From assembly GCA_965243495.1 (NCBI GenBank), contig CBDEUZ010000007.1:1612585-1676584 (forward strand): a stretch of 64,000 nt of DNA, read 5' to 3'. Positions 27,576 to 36,464 of the stretch are shown here, one piece after another. Origin of the DNA: Dehalococcoidia bacterium. Lineage in GTDB: Bacteria > Chloroflexota > Dehalococcoidia > UBA6926. The notes beneath the pieces were generated by a model. That model ran no database searches. It was not told the DNA's origin and saw nothing but the letters and a program-made list of their open reading frames with translations. Every line of letters starts with the position of its first letter. Positions within the stretch are counted from its first letter, which is position 1. Position numbers and translations under genes: made by a program.

Positions 27576-30470
27576 ATGCCGAGCGTAGAGATCATCACGG
27601 GCGGGTCAGGCAGCGGAAAGACGCGGGAAATAGTCGCGCGCTTAGCAGATTACTACGCCTCGAAGCCGTTTACCAACGCACTCGTTCTCGTGCCGACCAT
27701 GCGCCACGCTGATCAGGTTCGCCGGCGCCTCGTACAGGGATGCGGCGTCGCCATGAATCTGCGTGTGGAAACGCTGACGATGTTCGCGCGTAGCCTGACG
27801 AAAGGCTCCCCGATTCTGAGCGCCTCACGGGCTACAGACGAGTTGGCGCGCGTTGCACGTAGAACTGTCGCACGAGGTGGGGACGCCGACTACTTTAGGC
27901 CCATCGCCAGCATGCCCGGCTTCGTGCCGATGATTGAAGCAGCTGTTGCAAGCCTCCTTGAAGAGCGCATCGACCCTGGAGATTTACGAGCCGCAGCAGC
28001 GCAAAGCGGCTCCGTGTCCGCTCGCGCCCTGGCACACATCTACATCGCCTATGTTGATGAACTGAAACGGCTAAGCCTGATACATCCGGTGAAGGTTAAC
28101 TCCGTGGCGGCAGAGGCTATTCGGGCGGGAGCAGATGTGCCGGGCATCGTGATGCTGGACGGATTCCAGCGGTTCACGGAAGAGGAACTGACACTGCTCA
28201 CAGCCGTTTCTGAACGAGCGGACATGACAATCAGTTTCGACCCCGAAGCAACGGACCGTTCCACATTCGACTTCGAACGTTTGCAGGAACGATGGCATGC
28301 GGCTTCGCGTATAGAGCTTGCTCCACGACAACACGATTCTGCCGACATGACGAAAGGAGAGGCTGCCAACCCCGAGCAACACGCGCGCGAGATCGCACGG
28401 CAGATAAAGCGAAAGCTGGCAGATGATCCGGCGCTGAGGCCGTCCGATTGCGCTGTCACGTTCCGTCAGGTCACGCCCTATCTCGCCATGATGCGCCGCA
28501 TCTTCGCCGAATATGAAATCCCGCTTGACCCGGCGGCGGGCGCGCGCCTGCGCGATACTCCACTCGGCTCCTGGCTAAATCGGCTACTTGGCGTCAGAGA
28601 CAACGGGTGGCGGGTCAAGGACATCATCGCCGTTCTTCGCAGTGGCGTCGTCAACCTAAAGCGCTGGGAGCTTATGGACAACGACCTGGACCACATCGCC
28701 CAAACGGCTCGCGAGAACAATTTCTGGTCGGGCCTGGACGCCCTTGAGGAATTGGCCAGTCAGGCCCCCTCAGGTTTCGTCAAGGCGCGGACTGACATTA
28801 TTGACCTAATTGAAGAACTCGAAAGTGGCACCGCCGATAGAGCGCAACGACTTATGGACGCGCTGTTTGGTGAGAACGCCTGGCTGCGAGACTCACGGGA
28901 CGTTGATGATGAAACGGCGCAGTGCATCGAGCAACTCCGATCCTATCTGAACGAAATGACGGATACACCGGTAACGGTCGATGGCGAAGACACTGAGCAG
29001 GAACCACTTGAACGCTTTCGAGAACGCCTGGACCGTCGACTATCAATGCCGATCCTGATGCGAAGAACGCCCGGAGGCGTGCTCCTCGCTCCCATGCACA
29101 CCATGCACGGTCTGCGTTTCAAACACGTCATGGTTGGCGGTCTTTCTGAGGGCGAATTTCCTGCCGGCCGCCGCTACGGCGATCTTCTGAGTGATGCAAT
29201 GCGCCAGGAACTGTCTGATGCCGGCCTTTCCCTCCCTCCCGCACCACGCTCAACAGAAGAAGAACTCTGGAAATCCGTCACGTCCCGCGCAGATGGCTCA
29301 ACGGCCTTGTGGCGTTACCGGCTCAATGCCTCGGGTAAGGAAGCGACACCGGCGTGGGTTTTCCAGGATGTTGAAGCCGACACTGAGAGCCGCCCGGAGA
29401 CACAGGAAATTGTGGAATCGGTCTCTAACCGGGAGCTCGCCATCGCCTGCGCAGTCGGGTGGGTAAGTGGGCAAGCTGTACGTCCGCCGATTCAGCAGGA
29501 GAACGATCCCTGGGAAACTGTGCGGATTGCTGCCCCGGCTGAGCAAAAGAGGCGGTCGTTCGAATTTGCCGGCGAATATGAGGGCCGGGTGTCACGTGGG
29601 TTAGCGCCACGCTTAACCCAAGCCGGGGCTGGGTGGAGCGCCAGCCGCCTGGACTCGTACCTGACGTGCTCGTTCCAGTTCTTTGGCAGCTACGTCCTAG
29701 GTCTCAAGGAGCTCGATGATGAGCCGGACGAAGGCGACGGCGCGATGTGCGGCACAATCATCCACGAGATTCTGGAGAACGCATTCGACCCACTTGTTGA
29801 TCAGGGTCTTCCGTTCACGGATGACACCATCGGCATCGTTATCGACTTCATAGATACCAAGGGCCGTGACATGTGGAACAGTGCTCCTGAGGAGCATCGT
29901 TTTGGACAGGTGGCGCTGTGGCGGCTCGAATGGCCCCGTTATCGCGACCGCATCATAAGAATGCTGAGAAATCATGCGTTGACGGCCGGTCTTGGGGACG
30001 GCTACCGCGTGCATGCCACTGAGCGGGAATTCGATGTGGAAATTCCCACCAAACCCCCACTAAGGATTCGCGGAAAGGTTGACCGAATTGATGAAACTCC
30101 GGACGGCCTGACCGTCATTGATTACAAGACAGGCTCCATTCCATCGCAGAAAGACGTGCAAGATGGCAAGAATATCCAGTTGCCTCTCTATGCCCTTGCT
30201 CTCCAGAATCTGAGCGGGGGAAGTGGCCGCAACCTGCGGATGGAGTACTGGAAACTCCCGTCGCGTGGGGACAGGCGACCATGGACGCTGGACAGCGCTG
30301 ATCAAGACGATACCGATGTCATCGCAAACGTGGTTAGCATTCTCCAGGAAAGCCGGAATTCTGTTGATGGGGGAGATTTCCGCGTCAATCCAACACTGGA
30401 TACCTGCCCCCCCTATTGCCCAATGAAGCACGTCTGTCGTGTCAACTCATTCAGCCGGCATAAGCGATGA
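27576..30470 (+). CDS. addB: AddB/RexB-like helicase-nuclease subunit (PD-(D/E)XK, 4Fe-4S staple)
   Basis: N-terminal GGSGSGKT, degenerate helicase motifs (LDGF), SASRLDSYLTC, RGKVDRID..IDYKTG..QLPLY and C-terminal CPPYCPMKHVC. Confidence 0.85.
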   Translation: MPSVEIITGGSGSGKTREIVARLADYYASKPFTNALVLVPTMRHADQVRRRLVQGCGVAMNLRVETLTMFARSLTKGSPILSASRATDELARVARRTVARGGDADYFRPIASMPGFVPMIEAAVASLLEERIDPGDLRAAAAQSGSVSARALAHIYIAYVDELKRLSLIHPVKVNSVAAEAIRAGADVPGIVMLDGFQRFTEEELTLLTAVSERADMTISFDPEATDRSTFDFERLQERWHAASRIELAPRQHDSADMTKGEAANPEQHAREIARQIKRKLADDPALRPSDCAVTFRQVTPYLAMMRRIFAEYEIPLDPAAGARLRDTPLGSWLNRLLGVRDNGWRVKDIIAVLRSGVVNLKRWELMDNDLDHIAQTARENNFWSGLDALEELASQAPSGFVKARTDIIDLIEELESGTADRAQRLMDALFGENAWLRDSRDVDDETAQCIEQLRSYLNEMTDTPVTVDGEDTEQEPLERFRERLDRRLSMPILMRRTPGGVLLAPMHTMHGLRFKHVMVGGLSEGEFPAGRRYGDLLSDAMRQELSDAGLSLPPAPRSTEEELWKSVTSRADGSTALWRYRLNASGKEATPAWVFQDVEADTESRPETQEIVESVSNRELAIACAVGWVSGQAVRPPIQQENDPWETVRIAAPAEQKRRSFEFAGEYEGRVSRGLAPRLTQAGAGWSASRLDSYLTCSFQFFGSYVLGLKELDDEPDEGDGAMCGTIIHEILENAFDPLVDQGLPFTDDTIGIVIDFIDTKGRDMWNSAPEEHRFGQVALWRLEWPRYRDRIIRMLRNHALTAGLGDGYRVHATEREFDVEIPTKPPLRIRGKVDRIDETPDGLTVIDYKTGSIPSQKDVQDGKNIQLPLYALALQNLSGGSGRNLRMEYWKLPSRGDRRPWTLDSADQDDTDVIANVVSILQESRNSVDGGDFRVNPTLDTCPPYCPMKHVCRVNSFSRHKR

Positions 30471-33400
30471 CACTCACGCATGATCAACAGCAAGCAGTCA
30501 CGGAGCGCAACCGTGATGTCATCGTCATGGCGGGCGCGGGCAGCGGCAAAACGCGCGTCCTTGTCGAGCGTTACGTCAGTCTGCTTAAGGACCATGAGAT
30601 TGGTCAGCTTGTGGCGGTCACATTCACGGACGCAGCTGCCGCAGAGATGCGCGGACGAGTCCGTCAGGCCGTCCTGGCTGATTCGGGCTTGGATCATCAT
30701 CGACAATATCTTGACCGCGCCATCATCGGCACCATCCACTCCCTTTGTCTTCAACTGTTGCGTGAGAACCCCGTGGAGGCGGGTATCGACCCCGCCGCGA
30801 CCGTTCTGGACGAAAACATGGCGCAAGCCGAGATACTCTCCGCTTGCCGTGACGCCATTGAGGCCGCTGCATCCGGAGATGAACCCGGAGCGGAGGCTAT
30901 CCTCCGTCTTGGCGTATACCAGGTGAGGCAAACTCTGCCGCGTATGGTTGAACGACACGATGAGGTGGAGCGCGCCTATAAGGCCATGGGCGGGAACTCG
31001 CCGGAGGAGTGGAAGCCTTATATCAAGCAGAAACTCGAACAATTTGCTGAGCCGCTCATTGTCGAATGTCGAGAGAAACTCACAGAGCATCGGGACTTTC
31101 TGGTAGACGCTCAGATTCCTGATGAAACCGATGCGCTCACACCAACCGTCGAAATCGTTCTCGAGACTTTAGGCGATCCGTCAACGGGAACAACGGAGGA
31201 TCTTCTTTATCGTCTGCAACGACTATCGGGAATTGGGTCAGTAAGGGGTGGGTCCAGCAAGGCTTGGTCCGCCCCTACCCAACAGGTGCGCGATGTCCTA
31301 AGCGCAATTCGCGGAATGTACAAAGAAGTGGCCCCGTTTCTGTGGAACGAGGCCGACGCTGGCTCCCTCCCTGTTCTCGAATCTCTACATGATCTATTCC
31401 GGAGCGCCTCCGAACGGTATGAAGCAAGGAAGCGGGAACTGTCAGCCCTCGATTTCCTCGACCTCGAACTGAAGGCCATCGAGCTGCTTAGGACACACCC
31501 AGAGGTGGCCGCATCCTATCGCTCTACATTTCGCCATGTCCTGATTGACGAGGCACAAGACCTCAACCCCACACAGGATGTATTTCTGAGACTCCTGACC
31601 GGTATCGGTGTTGAGGCTGACGTTGCCCGCCCCGAACGTTTTTTTGTCGGGGACATCAAGCAGTCCATCTTCCGTTTTCGGCGGAGTGATGTACGCAACC
31701 TGAACAGGCTAAGGGGCGAGATCCGTCTTGAGGAGGGTGCCACGGTCTCCCTCAACACGTCCTACCGTTCCCACACAAGGCTTGTGGGTGCGATAAATGG
31801 TGTCATGACCGAGGTCTTTGGCGAGGCGGCTGAAGACTATGAGGCAGAGATGGAGCCCATACAAGCAGTCCGTTCATCATCGGGAGGCAATGCATCCGTC
31901 GAGGTACTACAAGTTGCACGTGAGTTTGCGAATCTCGCTGACGAGGGCAGACCTAATTCCGCTCAGCGCACTCGCATGGAGGCGCATATCGTGGTGGGCC
32001 GGATAAAACAGCTAATCGACGAGGGTCGCGAAATCTGGGACAAGAGCGCTGAAGAATACCGCCCTGTTGAGCCGGTCGATATCGTAATCCTCCTGCGTCG
32101 CACGACCAACACGGATGAATACGAACGGGCGCTGGAGCACCATCAAATACCTTATCGCGCCTCGTCCGGTGGTTATTTTTACAACCGGTCGGAGATCATC
32201 GACCTGACGAATCTGCTTGAATGGCTGGCCGAACCCGCCAATGATATTGCTTTGGTCGGTCTGCTCCGGTCCCCGTTCTTCGCCATTGATGATGAGTCGC
32301 TCATCGCCCTGAAAGGGGCCGGCGACACTTGGCTTGATGCGCTCCGCAAACCGCCCGCCGAGGTCTTGCCTCAAACCCGCCCACTGTGTCTCCACGCCGC
32401 CCGCGTCCTTGATCAACTTCGGGAAGAATCCCGGCTCTCGACACCGGAACAACTGCTTGAGAGCGCGCTGGTTCTTACGAACTATGAAGCATCATGGGCG
32501 CCGCTGCGGGGCGGGGACCAGGCGCTCGCCAACATACGGCAATTCGTAGGCATGGCGAGGGGACTGGCGGAACTGTCCGTGGATGAATTTGTTGAGTATA
32601 TCCATCTGCTGCGAGACGACTTGGATGCGCGTGCCCAGCAGGCAACCCTCGATGCTATTGATGCTGTCAGGATTCAGACCATCCACTCCGCCAAGGGTCT
32701 GGAGTTCCCGGTGGTGTTTCTCGCGGACGCTGGGACGACCCAGGTAGGGCCTCCTGCTCCACCCGTGTTGTGGAATGCTGAGATTGGCATTTCCATGACG
32801 CTTGAGCGAGATGTCTCCGAGATTGATGAACCGCGCAGCAAGCCTGCGCTCTACAACCTTCTAAAGGAAATTGAAGATAGAGAAGATGCGGCGGAGAGCA
32901 AGCGCCTTCTCTATGTGGCCGCGACACGCGCCGCCGACCTGCTCGTCGTCAGTGGAGCGGAGCCCACCGGAGAATCACCCTCCTGGCTGAGAGCATTTAT
33001 CGACCACAGCGTTGGTCCCGATATTGAAATTCACAGCCCCGTGCTGGTCGACTTGGAATCCATGAGAAGTCGGGCTCCCCGGCAACAGTTCGAGGCGCCG
33101 TCGCCTGACCGCGAGCAGTCGGCCGATGCCCCCCTGCTTGGTCGCCGTGGAGCAATCCCAATTCGCTCAAGTACGCCTGCAACTGCGTTGGAACACGGCG
33201 ACGGAACAGGATTCACTGGCAGACCGGACCCTCTGGCTCTCAGTCGCGGAACGTTGGCCCACGCGGCAATTGAAGAGTGGTTTAAGAACGAAACCCGGCC
33301 AGACCTTCGAGATCTGGCGCACCGTAAGGGCATGCGGCTAAGCGATGAGGACATGGCAGATATCGAGACGGACGTGAACGCGATGCTCGATAACTTTGAC

Positions 33401-33820
33401 ACGTCTGAACTGGCGGCGACACTCCGTGATCCCGCTACGAGAAAATACTTTGAGTTGCCATTCTCGTGGGAGTGGGACGGTGTCGCCGTCCACGGCAGTA
33501 TCGACCTTGCGTATGAGATCAAAGGTGTGTGGCATGTGGTGGACTTCAAGACGGACCGCGTGGAGAAGGGCAGCGAGGTTGACCGCGCCAAGGCGTATCT
33601 TACCCAGCTTGGCGTTTATGCGGGAGCAATAGAAGCGGCAACTGGAGAACGGCCCAGGGCGGGGCTGATGTTCCTGCGCACTGGGACACTCTATTGGGCT
33701 GAACAGGCTAACATCGACGCTGCGCTCAGCAGCACCCGTCAGAAGATCGATAGTGGTGATATTGCGCTTGGAGAAACCGACGAATCAGGCGAATTTACAG
33801 ACGAGCCACTAAACGTATAA
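30467..33820 (+). CDS. addA: AddA/RexA UvrD-type helicase-nuclease subunit
   Basis: AGAGSGKT, TFTDAAAAEM, TIHSLC, IDEAQD, VGDIKQSIFRFR, TIHSAKGLEFP and LLYVAATRA; nuclease GSIDL..VDFKTD..QLGVY; ATGA overlap with addB. Confidence 0.9.
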   Translation: MTLTHDQQQAVTERNRDVIVMAGAGSGKTRVLVERYVSLLKDHEIGQLVAVTFTDAAAAEMRGRVRQAVLADSGLDHHRQYLDRAIIGTIHSLCLQLLRENPVEAGIDPAATVLDENMAQAEILSACRDAIEAAASGDEPGAEAILRLGVYQVRQTLPRMVERHDEVERAYKAMGGNSPEEWKPYIKQKLEQFAEPLIVECREKLTEHRDFLVDAQIPDETDALTPTVEIVLETLGDPSTGTTEDLLYRLQRLSGIGSVRGGSSKAWSAPTQQVRDVLSAIRGMYKEVAPFLWNEADAGSLPVLESLHDLFRSASERYEARKRELSALDFLDLELKAIELLRTHPEVAASYRSTFRHVLIDEAQDLNPTQDVFLRLLTGIGVEADVARPERFFVGDIKQSIFRFRRSDVRNLNRLRGEIRLEEGATVSLNTSYRSHTRLVGAINGVMTEVFGEAAEDYEAEMEPIQAVRSSSGGNASVEVLQVAREFANLADEGRPNSAQRTRMEAHIVVGRIKQLIDEGREIWDKSAEEYRPVEPVDIVILLRRTTNTDEYERALEHHQIPYRASSGGYFYNRSEIIDLTNLLEWLAEPANDIALVGLLRSPFFAIDDESLIALKGAGDTWLDALRKPPAEVLPQTRPLCLHAARVLDQLREESRLSTPEQLLESALVLTNYEASWAPLRGGDQALANIRQFVGMARGLAELSVDEFVEYIHLLRDDLDARAQQATLDAIDAVRIQTIHSAKGLEFPVVFLADAGTTQVGPPAPPVLWNAEIGISMTLERDVSEIDEPRSKPALYNLLKEIEDREDAAESKRLLYVAATRAADLLVVSGAEPTGESPSWLRAFIDHSVGPDIEIHSPVLVDLESMRSRAPRQQFEAPSPDREQSADAPLLGRRGAIPIRSSTPATALEHGDGTGFTGRPDPLALSRGTLAHAAIEEWFKNETRPDLRDLAHRKGMRLSDEDMADIETDVNAMLDNFDTSELAATLRDPATRKYFELPFSWEWDGVAVHGSIDLAYEIKGVWHVVDFKTDRVEKGSEVDRAKAYLTQLGVYAGAIEAATGERPRAGLMFLRTGTLYWAEQANIDAALSSTRQKIDSGDIALGETDESGEFTDEPLNV

Positions 33821-33834
33821 AGGAGGTAATGCAC

Positions 33835-34299
33835 ATGGCACAGTCAAAGCGCATTAGCCCATTTCTCTGGTTTGACAGCAAGGCGAAGGAAGCAGTTGAA
33901 CACTACGTGTCTGTCTTTCCCAACTCCCGAATCGTCAACGTAACCGAAGTTCCTGCAGGCCCGGCAAAGGGCGCGGCTCAAATTGAGTTTGAGTTGGATG
34001 GCCTTAAATTTACTGCTCTTGATGGTGGACCAATGTTCGAAATGACGCCGGCAATCTCCTTTGTCATCCCCTGCGAATCACAGAGAGAGATTGACTACTA
34101 CTGGGACAAGCTGGTTGAGGATGGCACCCAGGGTTTTGCCGGCTGGCTAACTGATCCATTTGGCGTTTCCTGGCAGGTTGTACCGGCTAATTTGGATGAG
34201 CTGATGGCACGTGCGCCGATGGCTGTCATGGAGAGCCTGCTGACTATGACAAAGATCGATATCGAGCGGTTGGTTGAGGCAGGCGGCGGCACGGCGTAA
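33835..34299 (+). CDS. VOC family protein (PhnB / 3-demethylubiquinone-9 methyltransferase-like)
   Basis: ISPFLWFD, FTALDGGP, AISFVIPC..EIDYYWDKL and GWLTDPFGVSWQ; the AAGGAGG SD fits ATG 33835. Confidence 0.88.
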   Translation: MAQSKRISPFLWFDSKAKEAVEHYVSVFPNSRIVNVTEVPAGPAKGAAQIEFELDGLKFTALDGGPMFEMTPAISFVIPCESQREIDYYWDKLVEDGTQGFAGWLTDPFGVSWQVVPANLDELMARAPMAVMESLLTMTKIDIERLVEAGGGTA

Positions 34300-34345
34300 C
34301 TCTGGCGGCCAAGTCTACGTTTCACCGAGCCTTTTGCACTTCCTG

Positions 34346-35257
34346 TCAGGACGACAGGAGACCTTGGACGTACTCTCGCACCGACGCGGCGCATTCATCC
34401 GGCCTTTCGAAGACCATGAAATGGGAAGCTTCCGGCATGAAATCGTAGTCGATGCTGAGGATGTTACTGAGATCCATCGTTGGCAGGTACGAATACGGCA
34501 AGGTAGGGTCTGCCCCCAGGACTTTAACCGGACAGACGATGCTGTCAAAATTTATTGATACTGCATAGACGCCGGCATATTCGATGACCTGTGCTTCATA
34601 TTCGCGCGGACAGCGGAGTTCAAATCCTTGTCCGTCAGCAGCCTCGCCAAGGGTTGTTTCGGCCATGAGGTTCGCAATTCCCGGCACTACATCCTTGAAT
34701 GTCGGCATGAATGGCAGTACATCCGCGAATTCAGAGCGCGTCTTATATCGCTCCGTGCGACTTCTCGTCAAATTGGCCGCGCGAGTTGCGGCGACGTCAA
34801 ACTCTTCGTAAGACACTCCCGGCCTGCAGACCGGAGGATCGAACAGATAGAGACCGGACAAACCCCTGCCTTTTGTTGGGGCTAGCAGGGCAGCCAGCGC
34901 TGAAACAGAGTGAAAGACGCCGAAGGTAGGCTTTTCCCCATACTCCTCGCGGATCGCTTCCACCACTCGATCGTAATCGCGCATAAATGTTGGAAGGTTG
35001 TGATTCCGAATGTCTCCCACAGGGTTCCAGCCATGATTTCTGAGGTCGTAGATGATGAGGTCAAATTCGTCCAGCAGGTTTGACCACAACGGATAGTACA
35101 GGTCGATAGCCAGACCGTTGCCATGACACATGATGAGCCGCGGTCCTTCAGGATTGCCGTGGCGTCTCAGCCGGATAACCGATGTCTCATCAACATTCAC
35201 GTCATGAATGGAGATTGGCTCAGGAACGCGCCAAACAGACTGGGACTCTTCGGTCAC
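34346..35257 (-). CDS. Alpha/beta hydrolase, SupD-like (candidate PKS release enzyme)
   Basis: CHGNGL, YDLRNHG, nucleophile elbow VFHSVSA and C-terminal SHF..ERP; coupled to the PPTase gene. Confidence 0.8.
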   Translation of the reverse strand: MTEESQSVWRVPEPISIHDVNVDETSVIRLRRHGNPEGPRLIMCHGNGLAIDLYYPLWSNLLDEFDLIIYDLRNHGWNPVGDIRNHNLPTFMRDYDRVVEAIREEYGEKPTFGVFHSVSALAALLAPTKGRGLSGLYLFDPPVCRPGVSYEEFDVAATRAANLTRSRTERYKTRSEFADVLPFMPTFKDVVPGIANLMAETTLGEAADGQGFELRCPREYEAQVIEYAGVYAVSINFDSIVCPVKVLGADPTLPYSYLPTMDLSNILSIDYDFMPEASHFMVFERPDECAASVREYVQGLLSS

Positions 35258-35991
35258 TCGAACGCATCCTCACTCGTGCAAGACGCCACTGATTCAACTG
35301 CGAGCGCGCCCACAAACTTACTGGTACTGAACTTATGCAGCCGCCAGGACACATCCGGAAACTCCGGTAGCCAGACTTGTCCTGTGCTTGCTCCTCCGCA
35401 CATAGCGAGTGGAGTTTCTATGCGTTGCAGGTCGACGGAAAGCCCCACGCCGGTAGCCTTTATGATTGCCTCCTTGAGGGTCCATATTTCAAAGAATACT
35501 CTCGTGTCGATGTCTTTGCCCGTGGCCGAAACCGCAGCCTGCTCATCCGGACTGAAAGTCGATTCGATGATTGAGTCAAAGCGGAATCTCTGATTGATCT
35601 CTTCTATATCGATGCCAACCTGATGATTCGGAGAAATCGCGAGCATCCCGTTGTCGCCACTATGACTCATATTGAAATGGAGTGGGGCGGGGACGCCGTC
35701 CACAAATGCCCGTGGCTTGCCGCGTTCCACCCAGCCAAACTCAAGTTCGTCATTATCGCAGATGAGCGTTTCGCAAAGAACCGCTCTAAGCGCCGCACGG
35801 CTTAGCCCAAAACGTCGCCGCGGAGCTCCGGGATGGAAGCGTGCCCATCGTTCACGTTCCCTTTCGTTCAGGGATTGCAAGGCATGGGACTCGCGCGCCG
35901 CGTTTGCCAATAGATCGATATAGATAACGTCGACGCCATCAATCTTGGCGAAGCAAGACCACCACGTATCGCTAATGCTTGTAACTTTCAT
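35254..35991 (-). CDS. 4'-phosphopantetheinyl transferase (Sfp-type, SupC-like)
   Basis: GKP, FNMSHSG, VGIDIE and WTLKEAIIKATGVGL. Confidence 0.93.
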   Translation of the reverse strand: MKVTSISDTWWSCFAKIDGVDVIYIDLLANAARESHALQSLNERERERWARFHPGAPRRRFGLSRAALRAVLCETLICDNDELEFGWVERGKPRAFVDGVPAPLHFNMSHSGDNGMLAISPNHQVGIDIEEINQRFRFDSIIESTFSPDEQAAVSATGKDIDTRVFFEIWTLKEAIIKATGVGLSVDLQRIETPLAMCGGASTGQVWLPEFPDVSWRLHKFSTSKFVGALAVESVASCTSEDAFE

Positions 35992-36037
35992 TCAGAAATG
36001 CAATTGAAAAGCACCGCGCAGTTCTTGATTGCGTTCT

Positions 36038-36071
36038 TGAGGGTGCCGCCGAACTCGCGACGGCACCCTCA
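36038..36071 (-). terminator. GC-rich hairpin between the ACP and PPTase genes (attenuator or stability element)
   Basis: 11 bp stem TGAGGGTGCCG/CGGCACCCTCA, extendable on the minus strand; no clear U-tract. Confidence 0.5.
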
Positions 36072-36139
36072 GATGGTTGCCTTACGTTATCGGCCGATGA
36101 GAGTGGAACGCTTGCACTCAATAGCCGCGTTGTTGAGGG

Positions 36140-36385
36140 CTATGCAGCCTTCGAATCGATGTAGCCGATGAGATCGCCAATATTGGCTAAGCCGGCAAAG
36201 TCTTCAGGCGGGATCGCGATACTAAACTCGTCAGCCACGAGCTTGGCGAACGCGAGCACCTGCGCCGACGGTACACCCGCCGCGGTGAGATTCAATCCTG
36301 CATCAAGAGGATCGTTGGCCCCACGCCCTGAAATCTCCAGATTATCGTCGACCAGCTTGCGAACCCTCTCTTCTGTTGTTGCCAT
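36140..36385 (-). CDS. Stand-alone acyl carrier protein (SupB-like)
   Basis: 81 aa acidic helical protein; AAGVPS Ser site, EFSIAIPPEDF..IGDLIGYI; AAAGGAG SD. Confidence 0.82.
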   Translation of the reverse strand: MATTEERVRKLVDDNLEISGRGANDPLDAGLNLTAAGVPSAQVLAFAKLVADEFSIAIPPEDFAGLANIGDLIGYIDSKAA

Positions 36386-36464
36386 TGGGTGACTCCTTTC
36401 ACTCTCTCCAGTCAGTACTACTGTTAGATTACAGTGTTTAGCAGCCTATGTCGCTCACCCTCCC

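Noticed and set aside
27576-33820. Helicase-nuclease pair as a novel defence system or Cas4-related module
   Set aside because: Order, sizes, Fe-S staple and both nuclease motifs fit ordinary AddAB; no CRISPR array or cas genes are present.
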